A DNA stretch of 32,000 nt. Source: Sphingobium bisphenolivorans. GTDB lineage: Bacteria; Pseudomonadota; Alphaproteobacteria; Sphingomonadales; Sphingomonadaceae. The DNA lies in NCBI RefSeq assembly GCF_000412635.1, contig NZ_ASTG01000006.1, positions 3,254-35,253 of the forward strand, in the 5' to 3' direction. The notes under the pieces were generated by a model. That model was not told the origin of the DNA. It made no database searches and worked only from the letters and a program-made list of their open reading frames with translations. The position numbers and the translations under genes were made by a program. Below are positions 8,447 through 16,277 of this stretch, piece after piece. Position 1 is the first letter of the stretch. Every line of letters starts with the position of its first letter.

Positions 8447-8842
8447 CTATTCCACCGCGATCACCCGCGCCAGGGGCTGCATCGGGTGCGTCACCACGCT
8501 CACCTCCACCACCTCCAGGTCCAGCAGTTCGCGCGGCCCATGCCCCCGCGCAGCCCGCACCCGATAGCCGAACGAGAGCCCGTCCACCGCCTTCTCCCGC
8601 AGCGCCCGCGCCGCCTCCCGCCCCGCCGCCGTTCGCGCCGACACCCGCCCGATCACCCGCAGGCCGCGCGCATCCTCCTCGATCCGCTCGACCGTGCCGA
8701 TCGCCTCCCCCGGCCGATGCTGCCACAGCAGCGGCACCCCCGCCGCCGCTCCCGCAAAGGCGCCCGCCCGCACCACGTCGCCACCGCGATCGACCCGGTC
8801 GAACACCGCCGCATAGCCGGCGAAGCGCAGATCCCCGCTCAC
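8447..8842 (-). CDS. HK97 family prohead protease (RcGTA gp4-like)
   Basis: GTG start; SGDLRFAGYAAVFDRVDRGGDVVRAGAF...VPLLWQHRPGEAIGTVERIEEDARGLRVIGRV...VDGLSFGYRV: conserved His and Ser-containing motifs. Confidence 0.9.
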   Translation of the reverse strand: MSGDLRFAGYAAVFDRVDRGGDVVRAGAFAGAAAGVPLLWQHRPGEAIGTVERIEEDARGLRVIGRVSARTAAGREAARALREKAVDGLSFGYRVRAARGHGPRELLDLEVVEVSVVTHPMQPLARVIAVE

Positions 8843-9159
8843 GCCCGCACCAGCCCCAGCAGCCCCAGCTTCACCGCCATGCCCAGCAGCAGCAGCGCCA
8901 TCACGATCCGCACGGCCCAGGCGACGACAGCGCCCCGCGCCGCCTTCTTGGCGTCACGCCAGGCGCCCAGCAGCTCGCGCAATTCCCGCACGTCGCCTTC
9001 AGCGCTCCGGTCGGCCAGCCCCAGCCGCTCCAGCGCCCGCCCGGCGCCCAGCTCGCTCGCCTCCTCGACCAGCGCCCGGATCATCAGCATGTCGCACCCC
9101 ACCGGCTGCGCTTCCGCCTGAGCCACCAGCCGGGCCAGCATCTCCCCATCATATTTCAT
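8839..9159 (-). CDS. DUF6127-like protein with C-terminal transmembrane segment
   Basis: MKYDGEMLARLVAQAEAQPVGCDMLMIRALVEEASELGAGRALERLGLADRSAEGDVRELRELLGAWRDAKKAA...ALLLLGMAVKLGLLGLVRA; ATGA overlap with portal gene, GTGA overlap with protease gene. Confidence 0.7.
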   Translation of the reverse strand: MKYDGEMLARLVAQAEAQPVGCDMLMIRALVEEASELGAGRALERLGLADRSAEGDVRELRELLGAWRDAKKAARGAVVAWAVRIVMALLLLGMAVKLGLLGLVRA

Positions 9160-10295
9160 CGTGCCGCTCCCATCCCCAGCATCGCCCGCTTCTCTTCCCC
9201 GCTCAGGAAGTCCGCCGCCGCCACCCTGTCCCACAGCGCCCCGCGCTCCTCGGCCAGCGCCGGCACGGCATCCAGGTCGGCGCGCAGACAAAGCTCCGGC
9301 CACCAGCCTTGCAGCCCCTGCGCCAGCCCGCCGAAAATCTTGCCCAGCAGCGGCAGGATCGTCTGCCGCCAGAGCGCCCGGTTGGCCTCGCGATAATTGG
9401 CATAGGCATTGTCGCCCGGCAGCCCCATCAGCATCGGCGGCACCCCAAAGGCCAATGCGATCTCCCGCGCCGCCGCCGCCTTCAGCCCCACGAAATCCAT
9501 CTCGGCCGGCGTCAGGCTCATCGCCTTCCAGCTGAGCCCCCCTTCCAGCAGCATCGGCCGCCCTGCATTGGCCGCGCCGGAAAAGGCGACCTCCATCTCC
9601 CGCTTCACGCGCTCGAACTGTTCCGGGCTCATCACCGACCCGTCGCCCGGCTCATAGACCATCGCGCCCGAAGGCCGCGCGGCATTGTCGAGCAGCGCCT
9701 TGTTCCACACCGTCGCGGCATTGTGGATCGCCACCGCGCCCGCAGCCGCGCCGATGCATCCCAAGCCATAATGATCGTCCAGCGGATGCAGCGCCTTCAA
9801 ATGGATGATGCTCGTCCGTCCGGCGCTATCCTGGGGCGAGAGCCGCGTCACGCTATCCCCGACACGATAGAGATAGGCAGCCGGCCACCCCCGCCCGTCC
9901 GCCTCGACGCTCACCCGCTCGGGCCGCAGCGCGTATAGCTCAGCCGGTAGTCCGTCCGCCCCCAGCAGCATCTGCACATAGCCGTTGCCATGCAGCAGCA
10001 GATGGCTCGCCAGCGTCTCGACCAACGGCTGCCCCGCCGAACAATGGGTCAGCAGCGCGGCGATCTTCCTTCGCTCCCGCTCTTCCACGCCGGCGACCGT
10101 CAGGGCGGTCCCGCTCGCGCCCTCCGCCACCAGCCGCATCGCCCGCTGCGCCACCGGATTGCCCAGCACCGCCGCGCGCACCTGCGCCTCATAGGATGCG
10201 GGCCATTCGCCCAGCGCGACGCCGCCCGATCCCCAGGCGCGCGCCAGCACCGGCCGCGCGCCCCCGCGCGCCGCTTTCGTCCCGAAAAATTTCAT
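9156..10295 (-). CDS. Phage portal protein, HK97 family (RcGTA gp3-like)
   Basis: MKFFGTKAARGG...PLVETLASHLLLHGNGYVQML...AREIALAFGVPPMLMGLPGDNAYANYREANRALWRQTILPLLGKI. Confidence 0.92.
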   Translation of the reverse strand: MKFFGTKAARGGARPVLARAWGSGGVALGEWPASYEAQVRAAVLGNPVAQRAMRLVAEGASGTALTVAGVEERERRKIAALLTHCSAGQPLVETLASHLLLHGNGYVQMLLGADGLPAELYALRPERVSVEADGRGWPAAYLYRVGDSVTRLSPQDSAGRTSIIHLKALHPLDDHYGLGCIGAAAGAVAIHNAATVWNKALLDNAARPSGAMVYEPGDGSVMSPEQFERVKREMEVAFSGAANAGRPMLLEGGLSWKAMSLTPAEMDFVGLKAAAAREIALAFGVPPMLMGLPGDNAYANYREANRALWRQTILPLLGKIFGGLAQGLQGWWPELCLRADLDAVPALAEERGALWDRVAAADFLSGEEKRAMLGMGAAR

Positions 10296-10314
10296 GCAAA
10301 CCCCGCCACAAAAA

Positions 10315-10337
10315 ATCCTCCCCGCTCGGGGGAGGAT
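10315..10337 (-). terminator. Minus-strand rho-independent terminator upstream of portal gene
   Basis: Plus strand AAAAAATCCTCCCCGCTCGGGGGAGGAT; minus strand ATCCTCCCC-CGAGC-GGGGAGGAT followed by T5 (9-bp perfect stem plus T tract). Confidence 0.82.
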
Positions 10338-10392
10338 AGTGAAGCCCGGCGACGATCAGCCGCCTAACGAAAGATGGAAAGGGGCGACGCCC

Positions 10393-10734
10393 TCAAGGAT
10401 TGCGGGCCAATACCCGGTCGCAAGCCGCGTTCGTGCCCTCGCTCTTGCCGATCACCCGGCCCGCGACCGCTCCCGCCGCACCAGCCAGCAGCGATTCACC
10501 CAGGCTCCCGCCCGCCAGCGCCCCCACGCCAGCCCCGCCGGCCGCGCCGATCACAGTGCCGCGGTCGCGCCCTTTCTTCCCCTGAAGCAGGCAATAGCGC
10601 ACCTCGTCCCTATCCCGTGGCGCCGCCCGCGCCACCCGCGCGCGCTCCTTGCCGTTGAGCGAAGCGGCGAGAGCCGGGGTTGTCGCCACAGCCATGCCAG
10701 CCAGAACCATCACAAATTTAGCGCCCATTTTCAT
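10393..10734 (-). CDS. Small secreted glycine-zipper-type protein
   Basis: MKMGAKFVMVLAGMAVATTPALAA signal peptide; GRDRGTVIGAAGGAGVGALAGGSLGESLLAGAAGAVAGRVIG glycine-zipper pattern; Cys residues near both ends. Confidence 0.72.
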   Translation of the reverse strand: MKMGAKFVMVLAGMAVATTPALAASLNGKERARVARAAPRDRDEVRYCLLQGKKGRDRGTVIGAAGGAGVGALAGGSLGESLLAGAAGAVAGRVIGKSEGTNAACDRVLARNP

Positions 10735-10900
10735 ATCTCAAGCTCCTCCTAGATCGCCTGAATATACGCCAGGAGCCGCAGCGCAGTTCCGGCACCCCGA
10801 CACTCCCCCTGTTCCTGCGATCCGAAGAAGGCCGTCGGCCAACGCAGGAACCCGGCTCGAACGGCGGGGCGGGGCTCCTGTCCGCAGGAGCACGACATCC

Positions 10901-12223
10901 CTAAATTATCCGCACCCGCGCGTCCGACCACCGCCCCAGCATCAACTCGGTCAACGCCCAGACCAGCGCATCCGCCCGGTCCGGCGACCGCCCCGGCCCG
11001 ACATAGCCGCCGCCCATCACCATGCCGCACATCTGGTCTTCCAGCTGCCAGAGGGCGCCGCGATGCGCCACGCGCCCTGCCTCGTAGAGCGCCGCCACCG
11101 GCTCCGCCCGCGCCACCTTGCCCCGGCTCGCATGGACCAGCCGCACCGGCAAAGCGGCCTCCGCCGCCCGCAGCACGCTCTCGACCATCGCGCCGCCATT
11201 ATTGGCTTCAGCGACAACCCGGTCGGCACCATGCGCGACTGCCGCCGCTGCGACCGCGCGCGCCCAGCCCTCCGGCCTCATGCCCTCGACAGTAGCGTCG
11301 GCAATGACATAGGCGCGCCCGTCACCGCCCAGGCCAGCAACGACAATCCCGCAGGCATCGCCATCGGCGGAAGCGGGCGGGTCCACCGCCACCACTACCC
11401 GCGACAGCGTGCCCCCTTGCGGCACATGCGGCACCCGGCATCGCTCCAGCAGATCGCGGCTCCACAGCGCGCCCTGCACATCCTCGATCAGTTCACCGTG
11501 CAGCTCCTGCCGCCCGAGCCGCGTGCCGCCATAGCTGCGCTCCATCGCGGCGACGAAGCCGTCCGCCAGATGCGCCGCATTGTCCGCCGTCCGCCCCCGC
11601 GTCACCACGACATCCGCGCCGTCCCGCGCCACCAGCCCGCACACCAGCGGCACCGGACGCGGCGTGGTCGTCGCCAGCACACGCGGCCGCGCGCCCAGCC
11701 GCATGCCCATCATCAGATTGTCCCAGCACATCTCGCCCGCCGGCCATTTCGCGATTTCGTCGGCCCAGCCATGGCTGAACTGGGGCCCGCGCAGGCTCTC
11801 CGGCTCCGCCGCGCCGAACAGCGACGCGACCGCGCCATTGGGCCACAGCAGCCTGCGCAGAGCGGGCGAGAAGACCGGCCGGTTCCACCAGGGTGCCACC
11901 GCCAGGATTCCCGACGGTCCCTCCACCATCACGGCGCGCGTCTCGCCCAGCGTCGCCCCAACGATAGCGATCCGCGCCGATGGGTCATTTTCCGCGATCG
12001 TCCTGACCCATTCGGCGCCCGCCCGTGTCTTGCCGAAGCCGCGCCCGGCCATCATCAGCCAGATGGTCCAGTCACCCCCCGGCGCCAGTTGTTCCGGTCG
12101 CGCCAGCCACCGCCAGTCATGCGCCAGCGCCTCGGCCGCCGCGCCGTTCAGGCCGGCCAGCACCCGCTCGCGCTCCGCTTCGGGCAAGCGCGCCAGCCGC
12201 TCGAAATCCGAAAGGCTCCCCAT
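10901..12223 (-). CDS. Terminase large subunit (RcGTA gp2-like)
   Basis: MGSLSDFERLARL...MMAGRGFGKTRAGAEWVR (Walker A), IAIVGATLGETRAVMVEG..., VVVAVDPPASADGDACGIVVAGLGGDGRAYVIAD nuclease domain, DRADALVWALTEL. Confidence 0.93.
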   Translation of the reverse strand: MGSLSDFERLARLPEAERERVLAGLNGAAAEALAHDWRWLARPEQLAPGGDWTIWLMMAGRGFGKTRAGAEWVRTIAENDPSARIAIVGATLGETRAVMVEGPSGILAVAPWWNRPVFSPALRRLLWPNGAVASLFGAAEPESLRGPQFSHGWADEIAKWPAGEMCWDNLMMGMRLGARPRVLATTTPRPVPLVCGLVARDGADVVVTRGRTADNAAHLADGFVAAMERSYGGTRLGRQELHGELIEDVQGALWSRDLLERCRVPHVPQGGTLSRVVVAVDPPASADGDACGIVVAGLGGDGRAYVIADATVEGMRPEGWARAVAAAAVAHGADRVVAEANNGGAMVESVLRAAEAALPVRLVHASRGKVARAEPVAALYEAGRVAHRGALWQLEDQMCGMVMGGGYVGPGRSPDRADALVWALTELMLGRWSDARVRII

Positions 12224-12310
12224 GCACCCCTGCTCCTTTCGCCACATTCTGCCTTATTTTCGGGCTCCGGCCCTTTTCGCGGCGCATGCCCCGAACCTAT
12301 ATGCCTCGCC

Positions 12311-12751
12311 ATGTCTTCGATCCGACCCGCCCGCGCCGCCGATGGTGCCCGCCTGCTCGACATCTGGCGCAGCGCCGTCGATGCGACCCATGATTTTCTC
12401 TCGGCGCAGGACCGCTTCGCCATAGAGCAGGAAGTGTCCGCCTCGCTTCCCAATGCTCCCGCCTGGCTCGCAACCGATCCCGATGATCGCGCGGTCGGCT
12501 TCATGCTGATCGACGGCACGCATATGGATGCGCTCTTCATCGATCCCGAATGGCGCGGCCAAGGGATCGGCCGCCTCCTCGTCGAGCATGGCCTTGCCCT
12601 GCACCCAACGCTTACGACCGACGTCAACGAACAGAATGAACAGGCGATCGGCTTCTACGAACGTCTCAACTTCGCCCGCACGGGCCGTTCGGACACGGAT
12701 GGACAGGGCCGCCCCTACCCTCTCCTCCACCTACGCCACGCGCCCGCCTAG
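12311..12751 (+). CDS. GNAT family N-acetyltransferase (YjaB-like)
   Basis: MSSIRPARAADGARLLDIWRSAVDATHDFL...AVGFMLIDGTHMDALFIDPEWRGQGIGRLLVEHGL...NEQNEQAIGFYERLNF; GNAT motif A (WRGQGIGRLL). Confidence 0.88.
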   Translation: MSSIRPARAADGARLLDIWRSAVDATHDFLSAQDRFAIEQEVSASLPNAPAWLATDPDDRAVGFMLIDGTHMDALFIDPEWRGQGIGRLLVEHGLALHPTLTTDVNEQNEQAIGFYERLNFARTGRSDTDGQGRPYPLLHLRHAPA

Positions 12752-12955
12752 ACCATCCGGCCTCGCGGCCATTTCGCCCGAACCATCTCCGGCGCCGAAC
12801 GCAGATTGCCTCTTCACATCTTGCCGCCTCACCCTCCCGCTCCGCTGCATCCCCGACAACCCTCCGCCGTTCCCCAAATATCGTCACCCCGGGCTCCCGC
12901 TGCCTGCCCCGTCGCGTCCAGCGCAGCGCAGGAGGCCTGACGCCGGAACATCCCG

Positions 12956-13531
12956 TCACCCCTCATCCTCACCCTTCGCCCGGACAGCCTCCAACGCCGC
13001 ACGCAGCCGCTCCACCGCGTCGTCCCCATCCGGGCGCTCCGCCTTTTCTCTCAGGCGCCCGGCTTCCCGCTCCACTTCAACGGCATGCTTCTCCAGCAGC
13101 AGCGCTGCGATTCGGTGAGGATAGCTTTTCCTGATCTTCCGGCTCTTCACCGCGCCCTCGCCATCCAGCACGATCTCCTCCTCCTCGACGCCGAACAACG
13201 ACTGCCGCAGCAACTGGGTCTGAAGTTCCGCATATCCGACATCCAGCGCCCGCGCCCATTCGCGCGCGAAGCTGCTGCTGCGCCGCTTGTGATAATAGGC
13301 GGTCGACAGATTGATCCCCGCCACCCGCGCCGCCTCGCTGACATTGCAGGTCCCCGCCAGCGTCTCCAGGAAGATCCTGTGCCGCTCGGGCGTCAGCCCG
13401 TCCTTGCGTCTTGCCCGCAGTTGCGGTCCGCTGCCGAAAGCCCCCAACTGGTTGTGCTGCAGGGTCATCGTGCGGTCCGGCGCATCGCTGGCCCTGCCGC
13501 CAAAGCGCGCCTTGTTCACCTTGTCCGTCAT
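12956..13531 (-). CDS. Terminase small subunit-like HTH protein (RcGTA gp1-like position)
   Basis: MTDKVNKARFGG...GLTPERHRIFLETLAGTCNVSEAARVAGINLSTAYYHKRRSSSFAREWARALDVGYAELQTQLLRQS...: homeodomain-like HTH; adjacent to TerL except for an opposite-strand gene. Confidence 0.65.
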   Translation of the reverse strand: MTDKVNKARFGGRASDAPDRTMTLQHNQLGAFGSGPQLRARRKDGLTPERHRIFLETLAGTCNVSEAARVAGINLSTAYYHKRRSSSFAREWARALDVGYAELQTQLLRQSLFGVEEEEIVLDGEGAVKSRKIRKSYPHRIAALLLEKHAVEVEREAGRLREKAERPDGDDAVERLRAALEAVRAKGEDEG

Positions 13532-13681
13532 GCCCATCCCCCCGTCACCGAAAGACGAAGGGCCAGTCCTCTCTTCAAGGACCGGCCCGCACCGCCGCAT
13601 CAGCGACTCACATTTTCCAGTGTCGCCATCTTTGCCAGAACAGCGTGACGATGTCAAGAAAAATGTTCCAGATCGGTTAGT

Positions 13682-14329
13682 TCATGATGCGGCCATACGC
13701 TGGATCATGGGCTCCTCGGCCGCCAGGGCGGAAGCGAAACTCGGCCGCTCCATGATCTGCTGCAGCCAGCGTTGCACCTTGGGCCAACGCCCGTTTGCCG
13801 GCACCTCGCTGCAATAGCCGATGTTGATCAACGGGCAGGCAACCGCGATATCTGCAAGCGTGAAGCGCCCCTCCACCAGGAAGCCGCTGTCCGCCATCAC
13901 CGTTTCAAGATAGTCCAGCGCCCGGGGCAGAGCCTCTGCTTCAGCCTGCGCGGCCGCGTCCAGATCCTGCGGAAGGCCCAGCAGCGGAGCGACCATCCGA
14001 TGAAAGAATATCGCGCCCCCCGCCGGCTGGACGATGGTGTCGCCAAACTCCTCATACCAGATCGTCCGGGCTCTTGCCCTGGCTTCCGTCGGGATCAGAT
14101 TGGGCTCGGGGTACAGCGTGTCCAGATAGGTTATGATGGCGCTACTGTCGCTGATCAGGAAGTCGCCATCCTTAAATGCGGGCATCTTCCCGAAGGGCGA
14201 CGCTTCCTGGAAAATCTGACCGCCTTGGCCGAAGCCGCCGGGTTGCAGTTCCAGCTCGACGCCCTTCTCCGCCGCGAAGACGATCACCTTGCGCACAAAG
14301 GGCGAGGGCCCCGCTCCATACAAGATCAT
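13682..14329 (-). CDS. Glutathione S-transferase family protein
   Basis: MILYGAGPSPFVRKVIVFAAEKGVELELQPG...SPFGKMPAFKDGDFLISDSSAIITYLD: canonical GST N-terminal motif. Confidence 0.92.
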   Translation of the reverse strand: MILYGAGPSPFVRKVIVFAAEKGVELELQPGGFGQGGQIFQEASPFGKMPAFKDGDFLISDSSAIITYLDTLYPEPNLIPTEARARARTIWYEEFGDTIVQPAGGAIFFHRMVAPLLGLPQDLDAAAQAEAEALPRALDYLETVMADSGFLVEGRFTLADIAVACPLINIGYCSEVPANGRWPKVQRWLQQIMERPSFASALAAEEPMIQRMAAS

Positions 14330-14377
14330 GCATCATTCCCCTTCTCATCTTGCGGTCCGCTGCCCGTGCAGCGGAAT

Positions 14378-15187
14378 TCATCCACCGTCGCCGCTTCCTG
14401 TGCTCGCCACGCTCTGCCGGTAATCGATCCTGATGCGGACCCAGCTGCCCACCATCACCTTGCCATTGACCCGGGGCGGCAACACGAGGAATTGCCATGC
14501 CGCCAGCCGGACCGCCTTGGCAAAGCCCGATCCCAGCGGGGATTCGCCCAGCGCCTGGCAATTTTCGACATGATAATTGTCCACCGTCTTGCAGGCGACC
14601 AGCCCCCACCCCGCGCGCGGTGCGTCGCTCGGCAGGTAGCTCGCCAGTTCCGTATGGGTGGGCCGTCGATACCATTCCGCCTCGAACAGCTGGACGCCGC
14701 CCGGCCCCTCTCCCGGGCCGGAAACGGCTGCACTGTTCCCCTTCCCGGGCGTACCTTCGCTGCCACCGCTTGCCGGCGCTTTGGCGATGTTGGCTGCGGC
14801 CATCTGCTGACTATCGAGCACCAGGAACGGCAGGGGCGAAGGCAGCTGCGGCAAAGGCCGCGCCACCGGCAGCAGCGGCCTCAATTCCGGCTTAACCAGC
14901 GGCTCCGGCCGTTTTTTCTCCGGGACCTGCCGTTCGGGCTCCTTCTCGCGCTTCTTTTCCTGTTTCTCGGGCTTTTTGGCCTTGCTCTCCGCCTTCTCCT
15001 CTTTCTCCGCCTTGGGCGCAGGCGCCATTTCGAAGGTGACCGGATTGCGCAGGTCGGGCAGCTGCACGACCGGCTTGGGCGCCAGCGTCAGCAACGCCAG
15101 CAGCAATAGTCCGTTGAACAGCAGCGCGAACAGCATGCCGCCGCCGCGCTCGCGCCATTTCGGTGTCAGGGGTTGTGCAAGGGTCAA
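14378..15187 (-). CDS. TonB-like periplasm-spanning protein
   Basis: Single N-terminal TM (GGGMLFALLFNGLLLLALLTLA), long Lys/Glu/Pro-rich spacer, small folded C-terminal region (FAKAVRLAAWQFLVLPPRVNGKVMVGSWVRIRIDY). Confidence 0.65.
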   Translation of the reverse strand: MTLAQPLTPKWRERGGGMLFALLFNGLLLLALLTLAPKPVVQLPDLRNPVTFEMAPAPKAEKEEKAESKAKKPEKQEKKREKEPERQVPEKKRPEPLVKPELRPLLPVARPLPQLPSPLPFLVLDSQQMAAANIAKAPASGGSEGTPGKGNSAAVSGPGEGPGGVQLFEAEWYRRPTHTELASYLPSDAPRAGWGLVACKTVDNYHVENCQALGESPLGSGFAKAVRLAAWQFLVLPPRVNGKVMVGSWVRIRIDYRQSVASTGSGDGG

Positions 15188-15255
15188 TTCAGCGCGCCGC
15201 TCGATTTTCGCAAGGGCTCATGCCCAGACGCCGCAGCGCCGTGAAGGCCGTGCGC

Positions 15256-15498
15256 TCAGCACACATCCTCTTCGCGCACCACCGGGCGGCTTTCCCGCGT
15301 CGCGCGCATCCGGCTCGCCTTGTCGTCGGGGTCTGACGTCAGGATCACATGATCCTCATGCACCTCCAGCAGCACGCCCGCGAAGGGGAAGCCCTCCAGC
15401 CCGCCGGTCACCCGATAGCTCACCTGATCGCCGACCTTGAACGTCGCCGGGTCCACGTTGAAGTCGAAAGGGCAGGCGCCCTCGCCCATGCCTTGCAT
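15256..15498 (-). CDS. Conserved-looking hypothetical protein
   Basis: 80 aa, MQGMGEGACPFDFNVDPATFKVGDQVSYRVTGGLEGFPFAGVLLEVHEDHVILTSDPDDKASRMRATRESRPVVREEDVC. Confidence 0.65.
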   Translation of the reverse strand: MQGMGEGACPFDFNVDPATFKVGDQVSYRVTGGLEGFPFAGVLLEVHEDHVILTSDPDDKASRMRATRESRPVVREEDVC

Positions 15499-15627
15499 GA
15501 TGGATCTCCTTTTTTAGCGACTCTATTCTGCCGGCCACCCTCGATCAAGCGCAGCCACAAACATCCCTGCCGCGCCGTTGTCTGAAAGCGCTGGATAGCA
15601 TTCCCATTCTCGGCTAGGCCCGCCACG

Positions 15628-16266
15628 ATGCTCACCAAGCTCTATCAATGGACGCTGGCGAAAGCCGCCCACGCCCATGCCGAACGCTGGCTCTTCGCCA
15701 TCAGCTTTATGGAGTCGAGCTTCTTCCCGATCCCACCGCACCCGCTGCTCGGCCTGATGTGCCTCGCCCGGCCGGAGCGCGCGATCCGTTTCGGCTTCAT
15801 CTGCACCCTGGCGTCGGTTCTGGGCGGTCTGTTCGGCTATGCGATCGGCCATTACCTCTATGAAGCGCTAGGCCAGCAGATCCTTCAGGCGTTGGGCCTC
15901 GCCGCGAAATTCCCGGTCGCCGCCTGCTACCTGCGCGATTACGGAGCAGAGATCATCCTGATCAAGGGCGCCACGCCCATTCCGTTCAAGCTCATCACGA
16001 TAACGGCAGGCTTCATCGGCCTTTCGCTCTTCACCTTCCTTTGGGCGAGCATCCTTTCGCGCGCCTTCCAGTTCATGCTTGTCGGCTTCCTGTTCTGGAA
16101 GTTCGGCCGCCCTATCAAGGCATTCATTGAGAAATATCTGGGCCTGCTCTCCGCAGCATTTCTGCTGCTCGTTGTCGGAGGCTTTATCGCCGCCTCGACG
16201 CTCTCCGGCAACCACGGCGACAAGAGCGACAAGTGCAGTCACGCCACCATAGCCACCCTGCGCTAG
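15628..16266 (+). CDS. YqaA/DedA (SNARE-associated)-like membrane protein
   Basis: MLTKLYQWTLAKAAHAHAERWLFAISFMESSFFPIPPHPLLGLMCLARPERAIRFG...RDYGAEIILIKGATPIPFKLITITAGF. Confidence 0.88.
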   Translation: MLTKLYQWTLAKAAHAHAERWLFAISFMESSFFPIPPHPLLGLMCLARPERAIRFGFICTLASVLGGLFGYAIGHYLYEALGQQILQALGLAAKFPVAACYLRDYGAEIILIKGATPIPFKLITITAGFIGLSLFTFLWASILSRAFQFMLVGFLFWKFGRPIKAFIEKYLGLLSAAFLLLVVGGFIAASTLSGNHGDKSDKCSHATIATLR

Positions 16267-16277
16267 TCCGCGCCCCC

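Noticed and set aside
10649-12751. 700-aa plus-strand ORF antisense to terminase
   Set aside because: Only the last 146 codons (from ATG 12311) encode a recognisable protein (GNAT). The rest is Arg/Pro/His-rich translation antisense to the terminase gene, a high-GC artefact.
12666-12959. 97-aa minus-strand ORF between the GNAT and TerS-like genes
   Set aside because: Arg/Gly-rich, overlaps the 3' end of the GNAT gene, no motif.
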